A DNA stretch of 64,000 bases, from the NCBI GenBank assembly GCA_963832265.1, contig CAWHTN010000008.1, positions 34,527 to 98,526 on the forward strand. The letters run 5' to 3'. Position numbers and translations under genes: made by a program. Below the pieces are notes generated by a model. It was not told the DNA's origin, ran no database searches, and saw nothing but the letters and a program-made list of their open reading frames with translations. Source of the stretch: an uncultured Acidobacteriota bacterium. Lineage in GTDB: Bacteria; Acidobacteriota; Terriglobia; Acidiferrales; UBA7541. This document shows, one piece after another, positions 54,761 to 64,000 of this stretch (its first letter is position 1; the number at the start of each line of letters is the position of its first letter).

Positions 54761-56430
54761 TTTTCCACCAGATAGGAACCGATGACGAGGGCGTCCATGC
54801 CGGAACTGAAGAACGTCCGAATGGCGTCGGTGGGCGTGTTCACGATCGCTTCGCCGCGCAGATTGAAGGAAGTGTTCATGAGGACGGACACGCCCGTGTG
54901 CTTGCCGAATTCGTTGATGAGATTCCAGTACAGCGGGCTGATCTCTTTTTCCACCGTTTGCGGGCGCGCGCTTCCGTCGACATGAGTGACCGACGGAATG
55001 ACATCGCGCTTTTCAGGACGCACCGGGTTCGTGAGAATCATGAACGGAGAATCGCAAGCATGCTCGAGATATTCTCCCGCCACTTCTTTCAGCATGGAGG
55101 GCGCGAACGGGCGCCACCATTCGCGGAATTTGACCGCGTTATTCACTTTGGCGTTCATTTCCGGATCGCGCGGATCGGCCAGGATCGAGCGATGTCCGAG
55201 CGCGCGCGGGCCAAACTCCATTCGTCCCTGGAACCACCCGATGATTTTTCCGTTGGCGAGAAGCTCGGCGGTGGTTGCGGCGATATCATCCAGCTTCGCC
55301 GCGCGGAGTTTGTACGTGCGCAGCGCCTTTTCAATTTCTTCGTCGGAAAATTCGGGACCGAGATAGACGTGGCGAAGCGGCTTCATGGGCAGCCTCCCGC
55401 CGTTGTCGAGGTAAGGCGCAAACACGGCGCCGAGGGCCACCCCATCGTCCGACGCCGCGGGCTGAACAAAAATATGGTCGACCACGCCCGACGCTTGAAT
55501 TTTTCCATTCGCTTTCGAGTTGAGCGCCACGCCTCCGGCGAGACACACTTCGCGGCAGCCGGTCTTCTCTGTCGCCAGCTTCACGAGCGCCAGCATGGCG
55601 CCCTCGCAGGCGTCCTGCACGGCAAAGGCAATGTTCTTGAAGCTGTCGTCGATTTCGCTTTCGGGCGTCCGCTCGGGGCCAAGCCGCTTGGCGATGGCCG
55701 AAGTGCCGTTGTTGCGCTCAAAAAGAAGCGGCGCATTGACGCGATACGTCTCGTGATTTAGCGAGATGAAATCGCCAAGATTTACGCCGGGAATTCCGTA
55801 GGGGGCAAGGCCCATGACCTTCCATTCATCGCTATTGGGAACGAATCCGAGGTATTGCGTGAACTGTGCGTAAAAAAGGCCCAGCGAATTCGGCCACGGA
55901 ATCGTGAGCACAGGATCGAGCCTGCCGTCGTGGCCGTACCAGATGGAACTCGCCTCCCAGGCCCCGCGCCCGTCCATCACGATGACGGCAGCCTTGTCGA
56001 AACCACCGTAAGAGTACGCGCTGATAGCGTGGGCCAGATGGTGGTCCACAAACCGCATTTGCGCCCTGGTGGGACCGAAATGATACGTGAACCGCTTAAA
56101 TCCGCCATTCTGGTGGGCCATGCTGGCGTACGAGCGCGTCACATTCAGTAGATTTTCAAAGTTGAGGGGAAATTGACCTTTGGCAAAACTTTTCAGATCG
56201 CTCACTAACATTCGATGGGGCGCCGGCCAGCCCGCGCAGACTGCGTCGAGCTGATCGGGCCGCACGCCGGCAAAATTGAGGCAAGCGCGAATGGCGTTGT
56301 GCGGAAAGCCCGCATCATGTTTGATCCGGCTGATGCGCTCTTCCGCCACGGCAAAAAGGAGTTCACCGTCCCGGGCAATGCATGCGGAAGAATCGTGCAT
56401 CTGTGAATAATTAAATCCGAGGGTAATCAC
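54757..56430 (-). CDS. Carbamoyltransferase (NodU/CmcH family)
   Basis: ITLGFNYSQMHDSSACIARDGELLFAVAEERISRIKHD N-terminus and the YrdC-like/Kae1-like layout. GTG 56430 overlaps the upstream stop (GTGA). Confidence 0.85.
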   Translation of the reverse strand: MITLGFNYSQMHDSSACIARDGELLFAVAEERISRIKHDAGFPHNAIRACLNFAGVRPDQLDAVCAGWPAPHRMLVSDLKSFAKGQFPLNFENLLNVTRSYASMAHQNGGFKRFTYHFGPTRAQMRFVDHHLAHAISAYSYGGFDKAAVIVMDGRGAWEASSIWYGHDGRLDPVLTIPWPNSLGLFYAQFTQYLGFVPNSDEWKVMGLAPYGIPGVNLGDFISLNHETYRVNAPLLFERNNGTSAIAKRLGPERTPESEIDDSFKNIAFAVQDACEGAMLALVKLATEKTGCREVCLAGGVALNSKANGKIQASGVVDHIFVQPAASDDGVALGAVFAPYLDNGGRLPMKPLRHVYLGPEFSDEEIEKALRTYKLRAAKLDDIAATTAELLANGKIIGWFQGRMEFGPRALGHRSILADPRDPEMNAKVNNAVKFREWWRPFAPSMLKEVAGEYLEHACDSPFMILTNPVRPEKRDVIPSVTHVDGSARPQTVEKEISPLYWNLINEFGKHTGVSVLMNTSFNLRGEAIVNTPTDAIRTFFSSGMDALVIGSYLVEK

Positions 56431-57200
56431 TGAGCGTTTGTCCTCGATTTCAGCCCGCAACACCACGCCATCGGGGTGTCTTCCCCGGTCATCTCTTTCA
56501 CCTCTGCGCCCGCGGTCTCAATGGTTTTGCGCACCAACTTGGCGTCAAGCGAGGCGCCCCGCCAGCTTTTCCCCGCAATGTCGGGAGGGAGTCCCAATAA
56601 GGAAGCGACTCCACGGCTGGCTTGCCGAAATCCAAGCGCCCAGGGGAAATCGACGATTCTCCATGCCAGGCGACCCTTCCAGTTCATCGTCATTTTGGGA
56701 ACGGAGTTGAATTGAAAAAGGAACATCCCGCCGGGCTTCAGCACACGAAGCATTTCGCGAATGTAGCGAATCGCAAACTCAGGCTCGGGCATATGTTGGA
56801 GCACGATATAGCTGAATGCGAAATCCACCGTTTCATCGCCAAGTCCCGACAGATCAATTCCATTCCCTAAAATCCAATCGACGTTGGAGGCTTTCGGGAA
56901 AAGGGCTTTGGCGTGGCCCAGCATTTCCGTTGAAATATCGAATGCGTAGGCGCGTGAAAACCGCTGCGCGAAACTTCGCGTCATGCGCCCCGCTCCGCAA
57001 CCTAATTCCAGCATGGCCTTCCCTTTCGGCTCCCATTGCCATCGATCGAAAACAGGCGCCACGAGCCGCTGGTAATCTTCCTCGCCGGACTGGAAAAACG
57101 ATTCGGGAGTCCAATCCTCACGCCAAGACGCGATGTAATGGAACGCATCCTTGCGCGCCCGCTCGTCCCAATCCTGCCGCATCAAATCAGTTGTATCCAC
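56427..57200 (-). CDS. Class I SAM-dependent methyltransferase
   Basis: Motif I MLELGCGAGR; 257 aa. Confidence 0.8.
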   Translation of the reverse strand: MDTTDLMRQDWDERARKDAFHYIASWREDWTPESFFQSGEEDYQRLVAPVFDRWQWEPKGKAMLELGCGAGRMTRSFAQRFSRAYAFDISTEMLGHAKALFPKASNVDWILGNGIDLSGLGDETVDFAFSYIVLQHMPEPEFAIRYIREMLRVLKPGGMFLFQFNSVPKMTMNWKGRLAWRIVDFPWALGFRQASRGVASLLGLPPDIAGKSWRGASLDAKLVRKTIETAGAEVKEMTGEDTPMAWCCGLKSRTNAQ

Positions 57201-57269
57201 GTTCGCCGGGCCTCCCTACGTTCGCCGGACTCCTTTTCCCTCACACGAACTCTACCAGACCGTCTTTAC

Positions 57270-58274
57270 TCACGATATTCGTCTCAACCAGATCGAGCTA
57301 AAGGTATTCGGGTTTTGCGCGACGGACTCATAAATGGGAATGCTCTGCTTAAGGAACGCCTCATCAAAATAACGAATCAAGGGAATGGACAGGGAGATTT
57401 TAAAATTCTTATTAAACGCCAGAAATGCCTGCAACACCATCGGCTCATTCCAAAACATGGGCCATTCCTGTCCAAAAATCCAAAGTTCCGGCGAGTAGGG
57501 GAAATTGTAAGGGTACAGGATGTCGTGAAAGTGCGTCACGACGCCGACGTTCAGAACGGGTAGCACTTCCAGATATAGAAACGGCACATCCCCGTCGACG
57601 CGCAGGATACGGCTTGAATCAATGAACAGAACATCATTTTCCTGCAATTGCCGGAAGAGCGAGACATCGACATCTTCCACTTTCTGGGGCAACACCCGGA
57701 TGCCTGGAATGGTGGACAATTTTTCAAAGGGATACGGTTCGATACAGGTGATTTGGAGTGGATGCCCCTCGCTCGCATTCCGCACTGCCGCCAGGCTGCA
57801 ATAAAAGGTCGATACGCCCGAACCGACCTCAATAGATCGCTGCGATTTGAGGTGCCGGATCATCATGTACAGCGTCAGCGCGTCCACGGCAGTATAGCGC
57901 GGCCCAAAACCCATTTGCCGGACTTTCGCGTAAGTTGGGCAGGTTAGAAATTCATCCAAGTAGTTTGCGAGTAATTCCGCGAGCGCTGAATTCATTGCCT
58001 CCAGGTCGTCCTCTATACCGTGGAGCGCGCTGGGCCGATTCCACCGCGCAACATTCGCTTTAAGGCGCGCAACCGAGGGCAAGGGGGAATAGTAATCTTC
58101 GTCGCGGGCGACTTGATACCCGGCCTGCTCAAGCGAACGCTGAAAGGCAACGGGATTCCTCCGCGCGAATCTGCGGCTGGCCAGCGCCAAGCATTTCTGC
58201 TGGACGGACACCAGCATTCGCTGGAGTTGCTTTAAGAGATTCCACAGCCACGAGGGCATTACTTGCCGAAGCAT
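57270..58274 (-). CDS. Class I SAM-dependent methyltransferase-like protein (Methyltransf_24-like)
   Basis: SIEVGSGVST motif I-like, followed by VLFIDSS. Confidence 0.55.
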   Translation of the reverse strand: MLRQVMPSWLWNLLKQLQRMLVSVQQKCLALASRRFARRNPVAFQRSLEQAGYQVARDEDYYSPLPSVARLKANVARWNRPSALHGIEDDLEAMNSALAELLANYLDEFLTCPTYAKVRQMGFGPRYTAVDALTLYMMIRHLKSQRSIEVGSGVSTFYCSLAAVRNASEGHPLQITCIEPYPFEKLSTIPGIRVLPQKVEDVDVSLFRQLQENDVLFIDSSRILRVDGDVPFLYLEVLPVLNVGVVTHFHDILYPYNFPYSPELWIFGQEWPMFWNEPMVLQAFLAFNKNFKISLSIPLIRYFDEAFLKQSIPIYESVAQNPNTFSSIWLRRIS

Positions 58275-58466
58275 TTTCGCTCGTATCGTTTATGAAAAAC
58301 TTTCCATCTCCGCCGCGCTGTTTGGCGTTGGTACAGAATAGAAAATTAGCGCGTTGTAGCCGATCCCCTGCGGCAAAGTTAACTGAGAAAGCGAGCAAGT
58401 GAATTGGATAGATCCGCGAGACATCTCCTCGACCTCAGTCCGTCAAGGCATTTTCGATCTCAAGAT

Positions 58467-59906
58467 TCAAATAGTAGCGTCCACGGATTTGCCTTGCGTC
58501 AAAATACTTCGGAATCTCGCCAAGGTTAAAAGCCAAATCCCGTACAACATGAAAACGGCGGACACGAGTGCTCCCCAAATTCGTGAGATATGCACAACCG
58601 GCAGAACCCACCACCAAACAGCGACGATTCTCAGCGCGCGGGAATCGGAAATTTTCGAAGCTGGAACATCCGTGCGTTGGGCAAACAACTGGCTCACGTC
58701 CGTGTGGCGCGCATCTTGTATTTGCCGATACGCCGCGGGCCACTGGTGCAGCAACGGGGATCGGCTTGGGCGCCACATGAGCTCCTCATTCGTTACTCCC
58801 TGTTCATTGGCCTCCGCAAAGTAGCGGGTATAAAACGACACCAGATTTGGCGCGGTCAGGACGAAGCCGAGAATCGCGGACAGCACGAGGACTTTGCGCC
58901 AGGCATTGCTGAGCACACCTGTCAATGCCACGAGGCCGGGGAGGATAGGGAGCAAATGCCGCGGTCCCCACGACCAGCCTCCAAGCCCGAGTCGCGGATA
59001 AAAGGAATGTAAAAGCACAAACGAGCCCGCCAGAGCGACAATCGTCCACGCTTCGAGCCGCCGCGTTTTGATTTGCGCGAGCGCGACCAGGGATAAGATC
59101 ACGCATGGGCAAAACCAAATCAGCCCTTCGCCTGGGCTGATAAGCATTTCCGCCACACCTTGCGGGACGAATTTGAAAGAAAAATCCCACGGCGGCCCGA
59201 ACGTGCGAAAATTTCCGAAGCGGTAAGAATTGTAGAGAAAATACATCGCGAGGCCGGCGACGCTTCCAATCCCCGGAAGTGTGCTCAGCCAGAACCGCCG
59301 CGTTTTCCATAGCAAGTAAGCGGAAAGAATGGGCCCCAAGATAATGCCGGTAGGCTTGGCGAGGACAGCCAGGGCCGTTACGGACACGATCATCCACCAT
59401 GGCCCCTGCTCGAACGTGAGCAGGAGAGCAGCCGCTATGAGTACCGCCAGCAGCGGATCGGCATAAAAATCCCGCGTATAGGCCAGCGCCATTGTGCCGA
59501 ACCCATAGGTGAAAGCCGCCACCCACGCGCCCGTGTCAGCGCTGCCGAGCGATAACGCAAGCAGGTATACAAGTGGAACGGTCAGCGCGGTGTACAAGGC
59601 GGGCAGAACAGGGACGCTTATCGATTCAGCATAATGCACCGGGACGTGGAGCACGCTTGACGCTTTGAGCGCGACGGCCACGACGGGAACGGCAAGAAAC
59701 GATTGTAGTGGATACCAGGACGAATAGATGAGGCCGCCCTTGCCGGGTATGCCCAATCCAGCCGGTACGGCCACGTTGTGGCGGGCGACAATCGAATCCG
59801 CAACGGCGAGCATGGAATATCCGTCAATGGAATAAATTCCGGGCGGCAGGAAGGCCAGATAAATCAGCCAAGTCCCAAAGAACATGAAAAGAAATCGCGC
59901 TCTCAT
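58467..59906 (-). CDS. Polytopic membrane protein, GT-C (ArnT/PMT-like) glycosyltransferase suspected
   Basis: Start MRARFLFMF. More than 10 TM segments. The early loop SIDGYSMLAVADSI is reminiscent of GT-C acidic-loop proteins. Confidence 0.45.
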   Translation of the reverse strand: MRARFLFMFFGTWLIYLAFLPPGIYSIDGYSMLAVADSIVARHNVAVPAGLGIPGKGGLIYSSWYPLQSFLAVPVVAVALKASSVLHVPVHYAESISVPVLPALYTALTVPLVYLLALSLGSADTGAWVAAFTYGFGTMALAYTRDFYADPLLAVLIAAALLLTFEQGPWWMIVSVTALAVLAKPTGIILGPILSAYLLWKTRRFWLSTLPGIGSVAGLAMYFLYNSYRFGNFRTFGPPWDFSFKFVPQGVAEMLISPGEGLIWFCPCVILSLVALAQIKTRRLEAWTIVALAGSFVLLHSFYPRLGLGGWSWGPRHLLPILPGLVALTGVLSNAWRKVLVLSAILGFVLTAPNLVSFYTRYFAEANEQGVTNEELMWRPSRSPLLHQWPAAYRQIQDARHTDVSQLFAQRTDVPASKISDSRALRIVAVWWWVLPVVHISRIWGALVSAVFMLYGIWLLTLARFRSILTQGKSVDATI

Positions 59907-60117
59907 TCTTGGGGACTTCTCCTTCTTTCCACTAGGAACAACGCCGTTGTCCATTCGCCTTTGGCAATTCCATCCACATCCCCTGGACATCTAAAACAGT
60001 GATTTAACGTAATATCCGCGCGCAATTGTAGCATCCCATCGAGACAACGACGACCGCGTTGCTGAAGAACTGAAGAAATTCATTCCCTCGTTGCCGTGGA
60101 ACGGCTCGACTGATTTG

Positions 60118-61260
60118 CTAATCGTCGCGCTTGGGTTGAGCTGCATGTTGAAAAACTACTTCCAATTGCGCAGCCACCCGCTCCCACGTATGTCGTTTCA
60201 TCGTTTCTTGCGCAGCGCTTCCAAGGCGGGCGCGCAGTTCAGCGCAATGGATCATCCTCTGGATCGCGGCGACAAATTCCGCCGTGTCGCCGGGCTTCAC
60301 GAGCAGCCCATTGTATTCGTTCTCGACAACGTCCTTCATGCCGCACGTTTCGGTGGTCACCACCGGCATTCCCGTGGCCATGGCCTCCAATAACACGATG
60401 GGCATTCCTTCGAATAAGGAAGGAAATACGAAAATGTCATACCGTGCGTACAGGGAAGGCATTTCTTTCCGGGGAACGAACGGAAGGATTTCCAGCTTTT
60501 CTCGGACGGATGCCGGGAAAAATTGTCTTACCGTTTCCGCGCCGGCGGAACAGCCGGCAATGGTAAGGCGCACCTGGGGAATGCGTTTTGCGAGTTCGTC
60601 AAAGCCGTCGCGCAGATAGTAGACGCCCTTGTGATCCAGCCAAGTTCCCACGAATAGAAGCCGCGGCGCGTCTCCCGCGGTGAATTCCCTTTGGATGAAG
60701 AAATGGCTTTCGACGGCATTTGGAACGTACCAAACCTTGCCGATTTCGCGATCGTATTTCAGTTGGAGCATCGTCCAGGTTTCCCAATTGATGACCACGG
60801 CCTGGTCCGCCGTTTGAATCGACCAGCGGTAAAGCGGCAGGTGATAAATCTTTTCCCACATTCGGTTCTTCCAGCGGAAATACCAGGCGCGCCCTTTTTT
60901 CGCCTCGCGCCCCATCGCGTGAATGCGCCGCTCTTCGATCCCGTGAAGGAACATCACGTAAGGCGGCAATCCGGCTCCCGGCCTGAATCTTCGCCAGAAA
61001 CCATACATAAATCCTATGGGCGCATGAATTTGGACGATATCGAACTCGCCTTTTCGCCGGCTCAGAAGTTTCGCCAGCCGGTACGAAAAATAGGCGGCAT
61101 GGAAACGCGGAATCCCCGCAGGGGATGGAAGGACATCTTCACTAAACAGGCAGGTCACGTCGTGTCCGCGGCCGCGCAATGCCTGGGCGGTGTTGTGCAC
61201 GACATTTGCAACTCCGCCTTCCGGCTGGCCCGAAGACAGGGTGGCAATCGCTATCCTCAT
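60118..61260 (-). CDS. Glycosyltransferase family 4
   Basis: MRIAIATLS...GGV N-terminus and PSLFEGMPIVLLEAMATGMPVV motif. Confidence 0.85.
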   Translation of the reverse strand: MRIAIATLSSGQPEGGVANVVHNTAQALRGRGHDVTCLFSEDVLPSPAGIPRFHAAYFSYRLAKLLSRRKGEFDIVQIHAPIGFMYGFWRRFRPGAGLPPYVMFLHGIEERRIHAMGREAKKGRAWYFRWKNRMWEKIYHLPLYRWSIQTADQAVVINWETWTMLQLKYDREIGKVWYVPNAVESHFFIQREFTAGDAPRLLFVGTWLDHKGVYYLRDGFDELAKRIPQVRLTIAGCSAGAETVRQFFPASVREKLEILPFVPRKEMPSLYARYDIFVFPSLFEGMPIVLLEAMATGMPVVTTETCGMKDVVENEYNGLLVKPGDTAEFVAAIQRMIHCAELRARLGSAAQETMKRHTWERVAAQLEVVFQHAAQPKRDD

Positions 61261-61992
61261 CTACCCAGCCCTTCCCTTTCGCGCCATGACGAAGTAGTGA
61301 TACGCGAAAGGACTGAGAAACCGGCGAATTGAACGGTTCGATTCGAGCTTCGGAAATTGAACCGGATCGCGGCCGGGAATGAATGGGAATTGATGAACTG
61401 TTCCATCCGTGCGAATAATTTTCCATCCGGCCCCGGTTACGAAATGGCGGATCTGTGGGAAAAAGAACCGTTCGTCAAGCGGCTGGGACGATTTCAGTCC
61501 GGGGTGCCGGAGGGCGGCATAAATCAGGTAAAGTCCCATGAAGTTCAGATAGTTCGGCGTGGTGAGGTAGAGCATTCCGCCCGGGTTGCAGACACGGTAC
61601 ATTTCGCGCACGGCCGCGCGCGGGTCCGGAACGTGCTCGATCGTTTCGCAAGAGACGACAATGTCAAAAGAATTTTCTTCAAAGGGCATGTTCTGCGCGT
61701 CGGCTTGCACGTAGGTGACACGGTCAGCGAGCGTCGGGTGACCGAGCAGTTTTTCCTTTGCGATGGCGACAGCCGAGGCCGAAAAATCCGCGCCGCAAAC
61801 CGAAGCATCTCTCGACCCAAGAAGCCGCGAAAAGCCACCCCGGCCGCACGCAATTTCGAGGATCCGCTTCCCCTGGACCGGAGGCAGGAATTGAAGGACG
61901 ATTTGGTACCACGGGCTTGATTCGTCGGCGTGCTCGGGGTCGGATTCGAAGACCTTAGCGTGCCACTTGTCGTACTCAGTGGCAAGACTCAT
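61261..61992 (-). CDS. Class I SAM-dependent methyltransferase
   Basis: Motif I ILEIACGRGG and post-I ADFS. 243 aa. Confidence 0.8.
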   Translation of the reverse strand: MSLATEYDKWHAKVFESDPEHADESSPWYQIVLQFLPPVQGKRILEIACGRGGFSRLLGSRDASVCGADFSASAVAIAKEKLLGHPTLADRVTYVQADAQNMPFEENSFDIVVSCETIEHVPDPRAAVREMYRVCNPGGMLYLTTPNYLNFMGLYLIYAALRHPGLKSSQPLDERFFFPQIRHFVTGAGWKIIRTDGTVHQFPFIPGRDPVQFPKLESNRSIRRFLSPFAYHYFVMARKGRAG

Positions 61993-63065
61993 GAGGCTTC
62001 CCTCCGAGACCGGCTCATATGCTGGGGCTCGGGAACTGGAAAAAAAATCCTCCTTGCCCTGAGATAAAACCTATTCGCCGCGAATTTTCTGCGGACGTTG
62101 TAGTACAGGCGCGGCGGACAAAAGAGCGCCGGGGCGAGGCTTGCCAACTTGAAAATCATATGAGATACGGATCCATCTTCGTGGACAATCCGATAAAATT
62201 TCCACTCTGCGCGAACCGTTTCCCATGGAAATCCGCCCTTCGCCTGGAGGCGCAAGAGATCGGCTTCCAACTGCACGGCTTCGACTACGGCCTTTATCGC
62301 ATTTTTCGCCAATCCGAACTTGGATAGTCGTTCGGATATTGCTTGCGCCAGAATTTCTATGCTTTTCTGCTTGCGCAAGACAGATTCCTCGTTGAATTCA
62401 GATAGCTGAAACAGATTCCCGGCGTGGATGCGATAAAATGTCAATGGCTCTCCTAAAATCGAAACCACGGAGAACGCGGCGGCCAGCGTAAAAATATATT
62501 CGTCTGCCTCGATAACGATCGATTCGGGCACCGGGAGAATCTTGCGCAAGATTTCCGTTCTTACGGTCATGCGGCTCGTGCCAAGCTGGCTTTTGCGGCG
62601 CCGAAAAATCCGCGCGCCTTGAAGAGAATCGATGCGGAATCGAGGTGTTTCGTGCAACACTTCCGAATGTTCGTCTCCGTTTTCGAGGACTTCCGTGATT
62701 CCGTTCCCTATGATTCCGGCCTCCGGATCTTGCTCCATCGCTTCCACCACCCGACGGAGCTTTTGCGGCGCCCACCAATCATCGCCATCGAGGAAGGCAA
62801 CAATTTCCCCCTGGCACTCCGGAATCCCAGCGTTAAATGCGGAAGCCTGGCCGCCATTCGGTTTTTTCAGCAAACGCACGCGCGGCTCAAACCGGCGGAC
62901 GATTTCCGCCGTATGGTCGGTCGACCCATCGTCCACGACGAGGATTTCAACGCCGTCCATCGGCATGTCCTGTTCAAGGACGCTGGTGATGGCACGCTCG
63001 ATGAAGCACTCGTGGTTGTACGTGTCGATTAGTACGCTCACATGCGGGATGGCTTTTGCTTTCAT
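61989..63065 (-). CDS. Glycosyltransferase family 2
   Basis: Start MKAKAIPHVSVLIDTYN. VVDDGSTD and FLDGDDW (DxD) motifs. Confidence 0.85.
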   Translation of the reverse strand: MKAKAIPHVSVLIDTYNHECFIERAITSVLEQDMPMDGVEILVVDDGSTDHTAEIVRRFEPRVRLLKKPNGGQASAFNAGIPECQGEIVAFLDGDDWWAPQKLRRVVEAMEQDPEAGIIGNGITEVLENGDEHSEVLHETPRFRIDSLQGARIFRRRKSQLGTSRMTVRTEILRKILPVPESIVIEADEYIFTLAAAFSVVSILGEPLTFYRIHAGNLFQLSEFNEESVLRKQKSIEILAQAISERLSKFGLAKNAIKAVVEAVQLEADLLRLQAKGGFPWETVRAEWKFYRIVHEDGSVSHMIFKLASLAPALFCPPRLYYNVRRKFAANRFYLRARRIFFPVPEPQHMSRSRREAS

Positions 63066-63085
63066 AGAAAGACCGGCTCGCCGCT

Positions 63086-64000
63086 CTAGCCCGCTGAGCG
63101 ATATCTCGCGCTCAACTCCGCCTCGTTCTCCCGGATCCAGGCGAGGATGGAATCCAACCCTTCGGCAAGACTTACTTGTGGTCTCCAACCGACTACGCGT
63201 TCAACCTTCCGATTGTCCGTGATGTAGATCACGGTATCTGCCTTGCGTGGAGTCTTCTCTTGCGAGATTGACATTGCACGGCCTAATCTTTTCTCAAGGA
63301 ACTGCGTGGCCTCAATAAGGGAAATTGAGTTCCCAACGCCACCACCGGCGTTAAACACACCGCTGCGCAAGCGGCCAATCTGCCTGATCTCCAGGTCCAC
63401 CAGCCGGCACACATCCTCCACGAACAAAATATCTCGTACCTGCTTGCCGCACCACCCGATATATTTCAAAGGCAGGCCAAACCAGCAGGCAACCGCCCAC
63501 CACACGACCCATCCTTGATCGACCTTGCCAAACTGTCCCGCTCCAGAGATCACGCCGAGGCGGTTAACAATGACAGGGATGTCGAAGGCGTCCGCGTATT
63601 CCTGGCATACCACGTCCGCCATCAACTTGCTAACACCGTAGATACTACGACTGGCCCCGTCAAGGCTAAACTCTTCGGAGACACCGAATTCCGGATCGAA
63701 GCCCGATGGGCGGCTCTCTTCCGGAAGATTTTTCCAGGCAGCGGAGTCCCACTCCAGACGGGTCGCGCTCTCGAGCCGTGGCAGCGCGTTGATTCGGTCG
63801 GAGCTATAAATGCGGTTCGTGCTGCAGAAGATCAGCGGGCACAGGTGTTCCCGCGCAAACTCAAGAACGTGGATCACCCCTATTGTATTGTTCGTCAAGT
63901 CGAACATCGGATTGGTATAGCCGGAGACGACCGACGGCTGGGCACTGGCGTCGCAAATCATCTCGATCCCCGACGGCAGGCCGACAAAATCCTCAGAGCA
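63086..64000 (-). CDS. NAD-dependent epimerase/dehydratase (CDP-paratose 2-epimerase-like), N-terminus outside window
   Basis: The frame stays open to the window edge. YGVSKLMAD catalytic YxxxK and a typical C-terminal epimerase region. Confidence 0.75.
   Translation of the reverse strand, partial: CSEDFVGLPSGIEMICDASAQPSVVSGYTNPMFDLTNNTIGVIHVLEFAREHLCPLIFCSTNRIYSSDRINALPRLESATRLEWDSAAWKNLPEESRPSGFDPEFGVSEEFSLDGASRSIYGVSKLMADVVCQEYADAFDIPVIVNRLGVISGAGQFGKVDQGWVVWWAVACWFGLPLKYIGWCGKQVRDILFVEDVCRLVDLEIRQIGRLRSGVFNAGGGVGNSISLIEATQFLEKRLGRAMSISQEKTPRKADTVIYITDNRKVERVVGWRPQVSLAEGLDSILAWIRENEAELSARYRSAG

Overview
High-G+C bacterial chromosomal segment (about 60-67% in hand spot counts of host-like stretches). 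It holds roughly 60 protein genes, one tRNA and many REP-type hairpin repeats. The gene content (NHL/Vgb-type propellers with a heme-c motif, very large glycan clusters) is reminiscent of Acidobacteriota-like soil bacteria, but taxonomy cannot be established without a database search. Left part: typA (partial), a frame-broken acyl-CoA ligase/carrier/acyltransferase fusion, a csp gene with a long leader, an NmrA-like reductase and tRNA-Ser(GCT). Next comes a five-gene Opp/Dpp-type peptide ABC operon that ends at a 26-nt copy of the tRNA-Ser 3' end. Then greA, small membrane proteins bracketed by two copies of a ~140-bp long-palindrome element, an Ig-repeat/beta-propeller lipoprotein, purN-tyrS, zapA and a Lol/MacB-like ABC operon. 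Middle: glycosyltransferase cluster I (23.8-29.2 kb), an M28 peptidase, a frame-broken epimerase, then a 6.6-kb phage-derived island (32.3-38.9 kb). The island carries an Arc-like repressor, a Rad52-like annealase, a Cas4-like nuclease, an HNH protein and several unknowns, with no integrase or structural genes seen. Right part: two secreted propeller + NTF2-like gene pairs, then a >21-kb glycan biosynthesis cluster (43.1-64 kb) unusually rich in methyltransferases. No CRISPR array, rRNA or intact IS element was seen. All functional calls rest on motif recognition by eye; no searches were run.
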